DNA from: Basidiobolus ranarum
Lineage: Eukaryota
Direction: 5' to 3'
Assembly (NCBI GenBank): GCA_040143965.1
Contig: JASJQH010006916.1
Location: forward strand, 1-39,918
DNA length: 39,918 nt
The notes beneath the pieces are model-generated. The model did no database searches. It saw only the letters and a program-made list of their open reading frames with translations, and was not told the DNA's origin. Position numbers and translations under genes: made by a program. Positions 11,233 to 24,149 of this stretch are shown here, piece by piece (position 1 is the stretch's first letter; each line of letters starts with the position of its first letter).

Positions 11233-11535
11233 GATTTGTCTTCATATTCATCTAAGTAGTTATTGGTTAGGAATTATCGCAAGGGAATTACTGAAAATAA
11301 ACAGTTACTCCACCTTTTTGCCAAAACTTCAACCAAGTATATTGATTATGTATTATCAAAATGTTTATTTCATGCAGGATAAATTTAAAAATATTGAGCG
11401 ATTCTTGTATATATATTGGTAGATGAAGAGGGAAAATGAGGATTGTGAGCTAAAAGTAGAAAAAATACCAAGATGCAGAAGAATGTATGTATATATAAAT
11501 TGGAATTAATCTAATACAACCATGTAAATGTGTCA

Positions 11536-14499
11536 TTAATAGGCATCCTTCTCGTTGTCTACGAGAACAACGTCTTCTTTCATGGCCTTTCTCTTGATGA
11601 ATTTGTATATTTCCGAAGAGACAAGGAAAATAACAATCGAAACACCAACAATTCCCCACTCCCAGGTAAGATATTGATGCTTGAAGATATCAGTGTTAAC
11701 ATAAGGAATGTACAACACAGGAATCAATAGACCGCAACCGAGGAAAATGGACCAGAAAAGAGGTCTGTTGGAATAGTAGTTTCTAATGCCAGGAGGCAAC
11801 CATTGGGGTTCACGAAGACTACGGCAGTTATAAGCGTGTAAGAGGATCAACAAGGTAAGGCAAGAAAAGGCAGCGCCACGAGCACGGAATACTAAATCAC
11901 ACTCGGTGGAATAAGTAGAGTTGCAGTCACGTCCGAGATTTCCATCACCAAAACCAAACACCACAAGAACGAAGTTGATTAGAGCAAGTCCACCCATTAA
12001 AGTACCATAAACCAAGATATCCATAAAGATCTCTAGAGTGAAAATACCACTGATTGGTGGACGAGGAGGCATACGCATTGTCAAAGGATTTATGGGCTCT
12101 AAGCCTAAAGCCATAGCGGGAGGAGAACTGGTTACCATGTTCAAGAAAAGAATTTGAACGGGTGACATGGGATAAACTGTGAGACCACTGGAGTCAGCGA
12201 AACAAAGACCGATTACTAAGGCGATGATTTCGGAGACGTTACCAGACATCAAGTGAAGGACAAACTTCTGGATGTTGGCAAAGATACGACGACCTTCTTC
12301 GACAGCTCTAACGATAGTAGCAAAGTTGTCATCAGTTAAGACAATATCGGAAGCTTGTTTAGCGACATCAGAGCCGGCCATACCCATGGCAATACCAACG
12401 TTGGCAATCTTAAGACTAGGTGAGTCATTTACACCATCCCCTGTCATAGCAGCAATTCTCTTTCTTCTATGGAGAGCCTTGATCATCTTTACTTTGGTAT
12501 CAGGACTACAACGAGCAATAACATAAGGGAGTTCTTCTAAGGCGTCAACCTCACCATCAGTCAAAGCATCAAATTCAATTGCAGTCATGACCAACTTGGG
12601 TCCTTCTTTACCAGGGCTGTAATTAGGTGGAATGATAGAAACTTCTCTAGCGATAGCAGCGGCAGTGGCAGGGTGATCACCAGTAAGCATGTGAACTCTG
12701 ATACCAGCACGGTGGCATTCTTCGACACTGTCCTTGGATTCAGCACGAGGAGGATCATAGATACCAACCAAACCGACAAAGACCATATCACGTTCAACTT
12801 GTTCACGAGTCCAATAATCTGGATGGGTTTCGGAGAGTTGGGGTTCAATATAACGATATGCAAGGGATAATACACGAAGTCCGTTGGAAGCCATTAGTTC
12901 AACTTGATGACTGATCATTTGATGCAATTGGTCGGGCTTCTCGATGGTCTCCTCTCTGTCACCAATTCTTATACGTGAGCAAGTCTCGATGACCCGCTCA
13001 GTAGCACCCTTCATATAAGCGATGTGTTTGCCGGATTTTTCTTCGGTGTAAACTACACTCATTCTCTTGACGGTGGAATCAAATGGATATTCCGCATGAA
13101 GGGTGAACTCTACGTGGTTGTCTTCAGATTCTTTGGTCAGCTCAGGTCTTCCGCGGCCAACTTTAGTGGCAAATACTTGGAGAGCAGTTTCAGTTGGGTC
13201 ACCAACACCCATCCATTCACCGGTAGTTTTATCATGCTTAAGAATTGCCATATTACACAATGAGGAAACCTCAACCATTCTTCTAAGGGGGGCACTCATA
13301 CTTTCGAAACTGACAGTTTCTTTATAAGAATCCGAGCTTCCAGATAAGGCCAATTCATTAGCAGAAACATCACCAAGACGAATTACTTGTCCTTCGGGTA
13401 CAAAGCCAGCGCCAGATACATGATAGAAACCATCCCCTGGAACGTAGGCTTTGGTCAAAACCATCTTGGATTGAGTAAGAGTACCGGTCTTATCGGAGCA
13501 AATGTTGGTAACGGAGCCCAGAGCCTCAAGAGCATTAAGTTGTCTGATAATAGCCTTATTCTTGGCCATGGATCTGACTCCAGCAGCCATAGTGAGAGTT
13601 ACAACAGCAATCAAACCTTCGGGAATTACAGCAATACCTAGAGAAATAGCATAGATAGCTACCTCAGAACTGATCTTGAATTTGTTTACAGCAAACACCA
13701 CAATAGCCAGAATGATAGCGACAAAAAATAGGATATAGGCCATCTTGTCCATACTTTTTTGGAGTTTGGTTTTACTATCACCACTACTCTCGATAAGACT
13801 CTTGGCGATTTTACCAATCTCACTTTGCATTCCGGTGGCAATAACAATTCCACGACCACGACCCTTAGTTACGGTGGTGCTAGAATATACCAGATTGATA
13901 CGATCACCAATAGGTTCATCCGGATTCTTCAAGGTTTCCAGGGTCTTGGGGACTGGAAGAGATTCACCAGTAAGCAAAGCCTCATCAACCTCAAGGTTGA
14001 ATTGTTCGCTCAGACGAGCATCGGCACCAATGACATCACCATTCTCAAACACCAGAATATCGCCGGGAACAAGTTCGTTGGTAGAAATGTGAGCCAAGTT
14101 GCCATCACGCATAACGCGTGAAGTGGGAGAAGCCATTTTACGAAGTGAGTCCATGGTTTTCTCGGCACGGTACTCTTGGAAGAAACCGATGGTAGCGTTT
14201 GTTACAATAACAACACCGATCACAGCACCCTCTACCCAATCTTTGGCAGAAAAGGCAATGGCCATGGCGATTACGAGAATGATCGTAAGTGCGTTGGCAA
14301 TTTGTCTGAAAAGCACTTTCCAAGGACTAACACCTCCGTTTCCGGACATTTGGTTAAGACCATATTTCTGAAGGCGGTCAGTTACTTGCTGGGAGCTGAG
14401 GCCATCCTCTAGATTGGAATCTAATCTCTGGGCAACATCTTGGATATCGTAGATATGATACGGCGTAGGTTCTTCGGGAACAGGAGTAGGTTTGGTCAT
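11536..14499 (-). CDS. ENA1: Na+/K+-exporting P-type ATPase, type IID (ENA family), intronless
   Basis: TGES, IPEGL, CSDKTGTLTQ, KGATE, MLTGDH and MTGDGVNDSPSLK motifs, plus ENA-type NMVTSSPPAMALG and FFQEYRAEKTMDSL. Confidence 0.92.
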   Translation of the reverse strand: MTKPTPVPEEPTPYHIYDIQDVAQRLDSNLEDGLSSQQVTDRLQKYGLNQMSGNGGVSPWKVLFRQIANALTIILVIAMAIAFSAKDWVEGAVIGVVIVTNATIGFFQEYRAEKTMDSLRKMASPTSRVMRDGNLAHISTNELVPGDILVFENGDVIGADARLSEQFNLEVDEALLTGESLPVPKTLETLKNPDEPIGDRINLVYSSTTVTKGRGRGIVIATGMQSEIGKIAKSLIESSGDSKTKLQKSMDKMAYILFFVAIILAIVVFAVNKFKISSEVAIYAISLGIAVIPEGLIAVVTLTMAAGVRSMAKNKAIIRQLNALEALGSVTNICSDKTGTLTQSKMVLTKAYVPGDGFYHVSGAGFVPEGQVIRLGDVSANELALSGSSDSYKETVSFESMSAPLRRMVEVSSLCNMAILKHDKTTGEWMGVGDPTETALQVFATKVGRGRPELTKESEDNHVEFTLHAEYPFDSTVKRMSVVYTEEKSGKHIAYMKGATERVIETCSRIRIGDREETIEKPDQLHQMISHQVELMASNGLRVLSLAYRYIEPQLSETHPDYWTREQVERDMVFVGLVGIYDPPRAESKDSVEECHRAGIRVHMLTGDHPATAAAIAREVSIIPPNYSPGKEGPKLVMTAIEFDALTDGEVDALEELPYVIARCSPDTKVKMIKALHRRKRIAAMTGDGVNDSPSLKIANVGIAMGMAGSDVAKQASDIVLTDDNFATIVRAVEEGRRIFANIQKFVLHLMSGNVSEIIALVIGLCFADSSGLTVYPMSPVQILFLNMVTSSPPAMALGLEPINPLTMRMPPRPPISGIFTLEIFMDILVYGTLMGGLALINFVLVVFGFGDGNLGRDCNSTYSTECDLVFRARGAAFSCLTLLILLHAYNCRSLREPQWLPPGIRNYYSNRPLFWSIFLGCGLLIPVLYIPYVNTDIFKHQYLTWEWGIVGVSIVIFLVSSEIYKFIKRKAMKEDVVLVDNEKDAY

Positions 14500-15020
14500 A
14501 CTACTCGGAATATATATATAGGAAGTTCTTGAAGCTCAACAAAATGGATATTTGTAAGGAGGAAAGGCTAAAATATATTAGTAAGCTTCAGTAATGAATA
14601 TGAAGTTGGAACTTTGTTGGCTATCAACTACTCCAGACCAAGGCTTTTATAGTTCTTCGAAACTTTAATTATCTACAATCAAATAAAAGCAATATGAATA
14701 AGAATAGAATGTGATTACCCCACTGAATCAACGCAACATATTTCTAATTTAAATATACCCACATCCATTTAAATATATAATAATAAATATAAACAAATTA
14801 GGTGGCCTTAAATTTCTATCCGTGTTTCGAATTCCCAATAGTCTCCATATGGAAAGAATATTCCATCGTAGAACAATCACAGGTGCATGTTCTATCTCTG
14901 AACGCTGATTGAGTTAGAAGACAACATTGCAACTTGTTGAGTTCCCCTCGTATCCTAAAGTTGCTCTTGATTCTAGAATCTTTGCTCTTGATTATTCTCG
15001 TAGTTTGATAAGTATTTTCG

Positions 15021-15053
15021 CCATATATCCGCCACCATATATCCGCCACCATA
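15021..15053. repeat. 14-bp tandem duplication
   Basis: CCATATATCCGCCA at 15021-15034 and 15035-15048, followed by CCATA. Confidence 0.8.
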
Positions 15054-15765
15054 CCCTCGGTGTTGTTGCTATGAAGGAGTATGTGACAAGTAAGCCATAC
15101 ACACAGTTTTGGTTGTGAACGTGTCTATGGTGACGAATGTAGCATCGGCGCTATCTTCACTAGAATGATTAGTCATTTAATTTGGCACACCAGGGTCTGA
15201 AACCATGCTCTACGTGAACAGTCGCCGGTATATTATATTACAAAGGACTTATCTGAATGAACCTATATAAGGGCGAAAACATTCAGGAAGTAGCTGACTG
15301 ATCTCGCTGACGGATCTAGCGGGCTAACCCATTCAGGTATTTTCCATTGTTTTATCGATCGCTGAGCTTAAGTCTCTGTGCATTATTCGGGAATTGTAGA
15401 TCCTCCAATCGACGATTCTCGGATGGATTCAGAAAAGCTTAAATGTCAGGGACTAGTGTCTCATACCTTAAACTATCGCTCAAAGCTGAAGGAAGATAAA
15501 CTCGGATAGCTATCAGCTAACCTAACTATGCTCTCTCATATAGTCTAACCATACATCACCACACCACCTAACCTTACAATGTTCTCGGAAAGTCGCTACT
15601 TCACTACTACTGCCATAAGGCTAAGCCCTAATATAAGCTTCCCCGAGATAAGCACTGCCTGGGAGGACAGAGGGACAGGAAACGTGTGTCAATGTGATGT
15701 GACAATTGGACGATTACTGGATTTGTATAAAAAATAAGGTTTGTACTTCAATTCGATTTTGGTTC

Positions 15766-16340
15766 GGTCCATTCGGATTTGATCGATTCAATAATGGATT
15801 TAGACAAAATAGTCTTGGTCCATTCAATAATGGATTTTAATCGCCAGTGGTCTTGGTCCATTCAATAATGGATTCCAGTCAACAGCCGCCAAACTTGATG
15901 TCATTTTTTTTCAGTCAGCTGATATATATATGTATATATGATCTGTTTTGCGGAACCTGATGAAACAGCCCCGAAAAGGCACTTCTATTTACGAATCAAC
16001 TTTAGTTACGATAAGAAACAGCCAACTCCTCAACAGCTGTGCGGTATGTTAGTGTTCTCTTGTCGTTTCCCGCAAATTACTCAGGTGTGTTTTAAGGCCA
16101 TAATGGCTGATTTCACTTGAGCCTCTTGAACTCTAATCTGTGGTCTGATTCACCCCTATCTCTGCGGTTACTTTGGGCAACGTGTCTCAAGAGAACATTC
16201 GAAGGTCTCGGTGTGACTCGAGGAGGTTTTATTTCATTGGGAAAAATCCATTCAATAATGGATTAGTGAAAGGTTCCGAAATCGATGTGACATTTGATAT
16301 ATAAACCCTTGCCCCGAGAAACCATTATCGAATGGATTTT
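15766..16340. repeat. Cluster of palindromic TCCATT-N4-AATGGA motifs (5 copies + 1 partial)
   Basis: Copies at 15782-15800, 15812-15836 and 15850-15874 (the last two share an identical 25-mer, GTCTTGGTCCATTCAATAATGGATT), 16245-16264, and an inverted copy at 16319-16338. Partial copy GGTCCATTCGGATT at 15766-15779. Confidence 0.85.
16026..16225 (+). ncRNA. Candidate structured non-coding RNA (family not recognised)
   Basis: Nested complementary segments: CTCCTC 16026-31/GAGGAG 16220-25; TGTTCTCTTG 16053-62/CAAGAGAACA 16188-97; CCGCA 16070-74/TGCGG 16163-67; CTCAGGTG 16080-87/CACTTGAG 16114-21; GGCCA/TGGCT. TATA-like run at 15922-15939 and TTTT right after the outer stem. Strand is inferred from G-U pairs. 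Confidence 0.4.
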
Positions 16341-17537
16341 ACTTCCTTTTTTTTTCTCTTTCTACCCCTTTCCCTTTCGGCCGATACTCAAGTTGTACTT
16401 TATTTTATATCCAATCATCTATTTAGATTGAGGCTGATGTAGTGTGAAATAGGAAAACATCGCTGCTGCTTTCCACTGATCAGATGTGAAATGTATACTT
16501 GGCTGTTAAGAAATTCCTAATCCACATTTAGCCATAATATAGGCATTATTAAAGACAAGTCCTGTAATCGTTAGAGTTAAGATTAGTCTTTACTTTTGGT
16601 ACAAGTATTTGATGGATACAATATAGCCTTACATAGCACACTCATGGGCATATTAAAGTACGATACTCTTATATATATAATAATTAGTCAAAGCTCGCTT
16701 CTCTTTCACTGACAAATCACATACGGCCTCTCTTCGCACTAAATTATCTGGACATCATAACATTTGCTTAACCTGCACAAAAATAATCATTCATCTGAAC
16801 ATATATGCGGCCATTGCTCCTTATAGGCTGCTCAGTACTTGATAACGTCATAATCTCGAATGTTTGTTCATTTCAATCGATATTGGTATTTGGTATTGGA
16901 ACGTTGATTTGCTTATTAATCTGGTGACTGTCAGGAGTTTGAAAGTACCCATTTTTCTATTAGCATAATTCTCCACCAATTAAATTTAGCCACTTTGCAT
17001 GAATTCAAATTCGATTTATTGGGGTTTTTTTTATGATGCATCTATCTCGTGAACCAAACAGACCAATGGGTTAGGGTTAAGTAAGTACTGTTGTTGAGAG
17101 CATAGGAGATATCTAAGCTAAATATGAACAGAACTTAAGGGAATTCTACCTGAAGATAGTCAACTCCTTGCTTTTATTGAATATTCAAACCGTACATGGA
17201 TTGAGAAAATTACATCGGATCACAAATAACGTATATGCATTTTGGAATTTTGAAAGTAATGGGGATTCTACTTGTGGATCATTTAAATGAAGTCTAGAAT
17301 TATAGACTGCGTTAGGAATACCAAATTCCCTTTCTTTCATTTATATGCCTATCTGTAGGCCAACTACTTGACTTCATTTTTTCTTTTTGTTAACCATTTA
17401 ATTTGTATATCGTTTCTTGTATTCTCGCGTCCAATTCCTTTATTTCCTACTTACTTTCACTACTGCAAAAACACTGTTTGCTTTATTAGCCTTAGTATAA
17501 CTTAATCCTCCTTTTAGATACGCAAATTCTGCCCCAC

Positions 17538-19854
<2,317 letters not shown>

Positions 19855-20417
19855 TAACGTACGAAACTGGATTTTGCGGCAGCAGATCATTCGATGTTAA
19901 CTGATTATAATTCATTTTAGAACCATAGAGTTACCAATATTTAATAGTTAATACACAAGACACACTTTGGCTCCGATCACAGCTGGGCTGGCCTGTATCT
20001 GTCCAGCCTATCGCTCACCCTTCTCTTCTGGCTACATTCCTAATTTATCTGTTGGCAGAACCTAATTAGTATCGAGGTTGGTAGGAGTCAAGGATTTTGG
20101 CAGTGCCTTTCTCTTCTCAACGTAACCCATCGTTTGGCTACTTCACATATAAATGATCGATTTACCTGATGTCCATATTTCTTTGTTACTTTAATTCTCT
20201 CAAAGATGAGTACACAACAGGTGGGTTGCTTTACCGAGTTAGGCTAACCTTCAACTCGAATATCATGATACAGATTTCTCATTTTGGTAAATTTATTTTA
20301 CAATTACACCACTACCTTCCAAATGTCCCGAGACTGCGGAGAGAACAACAGTGCTGCTTCTAGTGTTGATATCAATTTTTGGTTTGGATTAGAGTAAAGC
20401 AAAGTGTAGTAATATGT

Positions 20418-21635
20418 CTATAGCTCGTCATATGACAATTGGAATCCACAGGATTTGCATGTCTTTGTCATCTCTCCAGTCTCTTGGTCCTCTACAGGCT
20501 CATCATATTCATGAACATGTTCTTCTCGTTTCTTTTCCCAAGTGCTAGTTCTAGTTCTACGACGAAGATCTACAGTGTACATATAAAAGATTGAGTAACC
20601 AAATTAAGTGGTTACAGAAGATCCCTCATTACCTGCCAATTTGGCGCGAAATTTTTTATCTTTGCGTTTCTTTTTATCGCTTTGACGTTTTTCAAACTCT
20701 GCATCTAAAGCTTCCTCGCCACCCCATTTCTTAAACGCAAATTCTTCCACCTTGAACGAGTTCATAATTTAGAATGGATTTGGATAAGCAAACGGAAGAA
20801 AATTCCAAAGAATATTACCTGTTCCCGAACAAATAGCATCATATCATTCCATGTGGATTTTCTAGGGTTAGGTTTCTTCCAACAAGGAAACAAATCCCGA
20901 TCTTTCAGCTCAGCTGTGCGTGTAAGGTGACAGAAAATGAGACTTTGGATAGGGAATCATAAGAAATACGGCAAACTTACGATCAGTTAACAAGTAATCC
21001 TGTGAGAATGAATATTAGTTCAGTAAATTCATCTGGATAACCAGCCTTATGCTACAAGCTTCAATGAATATGAGAACGTACTTCTTTTGCTTCAGTTTTC
21101 GTGATCAAACTAAACTTATCTGGAAATTCTTCTTTACACTTTGAACATACGTGAAGATTAAATATGGTCAGAAATATTGGATCTAACTCTATAGAGCCAC
21201 ACTCTTTACATTTCGGATTTTCTTCGGGATTAAGACTCAAGTCTATAGTTAAGTTAGTTGCGTTAAAGTGAGAAATCAAGTGGTGTCAAGAATTCAAAAG
21301 TGAAATGCACCTAGTTCTGGAATTAATTTGGGTGGCTCGTACTTTTTCTTCTTGGAACCCTCCTCCTCCTCCTCATCTACTAGAAAGCCACCTCTGGTAT
21401 CTACCATATTGGATAAATCATACTCATAATACGGATTATTCCTTTTTAAAGGTCTCTTGGACTTTTCTGGAGAACTTTCAGTAGGGTCGGTGGGAATTTG
21501 CTTGGGATTTAACTCAGACTTGGTTGGACTTTGTTGTTGCTTTAAAGAAAGTTTTTTTTGAGCGATTTTACGGTTTTCCTCAATACGAAGTAGTTGTTCT
21601 TTACTTAAACCTTCGTCATATTTCTCTTCACTCAT
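20418..21635 (-). CDS. RAD14: Nucleotide-excision-repair protein Rad14/XPA (multi-exon)
   Basis: LSKEQLLRIEENRKIA, YYEYDLSNMVDTRGGFL, C4 zinc finger (CKEC...VCSKC), LITKTEAKE|DYLLTD, KPNPRKSTWNDMMLF, FKKWGGEEALDAEF and C-terminal HVHEY...KTCKSCG...YDEL*. Confidence 0.93.
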
Positions 21636-22104
21636 AATTTAATATTCGAAAAACTTGAAAAACGTTTCGGTCAAGTGGAATAAAGATAAAAAAAATCGGT
21701 GGTTACTGATATGGTTCAATCTTTTAAAGAAACTATTTACCCTCTACTCAGAATCTCTTGAATTATTCAAAGTCACATTTTTTAGAAATTTCAGTATTTA
21801 TAATTTAAAAAATTCCCCTCGTTATTGATTTGAACACTGAAGTTTGGAATTGCGGCAGATGATCCATTTGAATTTGGAATACCAAATTTAAAGGCTTCCC
21901 AGAAATTCTCACATACATCCAAGTGTAAAATCATCGTCACACAAGATTGGAATCCAGAGCGTTAGGGAAGAAGTATACGATTTATGGGGAGGATGAAATG
22001 GAGAAAGGGGGACAATTCGGGGGGGGGGGAGCATAGAGGAAACAGTAAAGATAATTTTCTAGGAAATAAGAAGTACACCTTGGTTACTTTTATTCCAAGT
22101 AAGC

Positions 22105-23701
22105 ATGACTTCGAGCAACATACTTAGTGACCCAGTTTCTTATGCTTGGTCACAAACGGACGACCAAGTTTCCGTCTCTTTCTTAGTACCGAAAACCTTC
22201 CGTTCTAGAGACGCCATCATAGAACTTCATACCGATGAGCTTCATGCTGGTTTACGCGGAACTGAACCAATCTTAAAGGTAAATTGATTTTTAGCCTATT
22301 TACTACATTCCCCCTTTGCCTTCCAGTTTGAGTGTAATACTTTTGTTCAATATTTCCCATTTCAAGTCTCTTTCTCGAGTAAATCCTTTCTTTCTATTCG
22401 AATTTCTATAGAAACTTAAGGCAACAATGGCTTATCCTACTTGTTAGTAACTTATTGCTATACTTTAGGGGAAATTATATGCACAAATACGTACCAGTGA
22501 CTCGGTTTGGCAGATAGAATCAGCTTCAGAATCTACATTGGTTGATAGTGCTTCGGCTTTGACATATCAACTTTTAACTGTACACCTGGAGAAATTGATT
22601 CGTGGATTAGATTGGCCAGTGGTAGTGATTGAACCAGCTAAAGGTAGTAACGAAGTGGACATAGCATCACGATTCTATTTAGGTAAAATGTATGAAAGTA
22701 TCGACCCGGTTAAAGCTTTCGAGTATTACATATCAGCGGCTAAGAATGATCACATCGCATCTCAACTAAAATTAGCCGCCATGTACGAGATCGGTAAAGA
22801 AAAGAGCTCCATCGTTGTTGTATATAGAAATATCGAGAAATCCTTCTATTGGCATTTACAAGCGGCTAAAAATGGGAATGCTGAAGCTAATTATATCGTT
22901 GGTACGTCCTATTCGAATGGTCATGGTGTTGAAAAATCTTACCTTGAGGCTATCAAATATTTTAAAAAGGCTATGGATTTAGCGTATCCTTCGCTCGATG
23001 GAGCCAATCATGAATCGGATTCTAGTCAAGCTAGAGGTTATTATGCTTTCTTTGTGAATTCTGCGTTCAGAACTGGTTTGATGTACTTGGAGGGCGGGAA
23101 TGGGATCGCTCCAGATCCATCCTTGGCTTTGGAATTTTGGAAGCAATCGGCGGCTACTGGACATGCGCAATCTATGTATAATACTGGTATTCTTTATTTA
23201 AATGGAGTTGGGACTGAGAAGAATTTGGATGAGGCGAGCAGGTACATTCAAAATGCTATTGAGTTGGATCCCAAGTTAAAATTACCCGAGGCCTTGGTAA
23301 ATTACAAGAAACCGGCGGATCCAAAGGTCGAAGAGGTCAGAAGAAGCCCTATGAATCGTACGTCAAATTCTCGTAAATCCAAGAAATATGCACCCGCAGA
23401 TACAACACAAGAGCCACGTTCCGTAGATTCTAATGAATCCCAAGAAACTGAGTCTGAGGAAGAACTCAAAGCAACGAAAGGTAGTAAACCAATTAGAAGA
23501 AAACGTAAAGCACGAAGATCAAGATCCGAATCCACATCCAAGTCCTCAGACGACGGATTAGCTTGGTTTTTACTTGGTTCTTTAGCAGCCTTTGCTTTAG
23601 GGTTGGTTGCATTCTCAGTTATCCGAAGACCAGCTGGGCACCATCCACACACAGTTCCACGCTCTGTGTCCCGATCAGTTGCCGGCGTTCAAGTCATCTA
23701 A
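22105..23701 (+). CDS. CS (p23/NudC-like) domain + Sel1-like repeats + C-terminal transmembrane protein
   Basis: Exon 1 YAWSQTDDQVSVSF... joins across intron 22279-22468 to GKLYAQIRTSDSVWQIE...LTVHLEK...WPVV (CS domain). About 5 Sel1 repeats follow (e.g. AQSMYNTGILYLNGVGTEKNLDEA), then a charged linker and TM GLAWFLLGSLAAFALGLVAFSVI. Confidence 0.82.
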
Positions 23702-24149
23702 CTCAGTAATGCCTGTATATTGCACAGTAAACAACATCTTCATTGTATAAATCATTATTTAAATCATCATTGAAATCGTCATTTAAATCATTGCTATAAT
23801 AAAGCCCCTTTCTGGAAGATCAACTCAACTGAGATAATAAACAACGGTAGGGCGATTATTAAATGGGAGAGTACGGGGAGGTACGGAGGAAATAGTAACG
23901 ATCATCCCTTTCCATTGGTTTCGTGGTGAGCACCAAACAAATCAACTCCAACTATAATGATCAGCATTGTGGGAGGTAGGCAATGGAGGGTAACAGTCTA
24001 TGGGCATTATTTAGGAGTCAGTTATCAACTCATTGTTATGACCCTTACTGATAGCCCATACGTTTCAATACAATGTGGTCGATGCTATTTAAATTCCCCA
24101 GTCTCCGACTTGATAAGCATCTGCCAACTTTGCAATCCAAAATACTTCC

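Noticed and set aside
12272-14412. Numerous 60-120 aa ORFs antisense to or overlapping ENA1, and similar ORFs over other genes
   Set aside because: Shadow ORFs expected from codon bias of the real gene; no independent motifs.
15782-15874. CRISPR-like repeat-spacer appearance
   Set aside because: Spacers are only 11-13 nt, there are three units, no cas genes are present, and the context is eukaryotic.
15957-15980. CTGATGA...GAAA resembling a hammerhead ribozyme core
   Set aside because: The intervening AACAGCCCC cannot form stem II, and no stem III or cleavage triplet fits.
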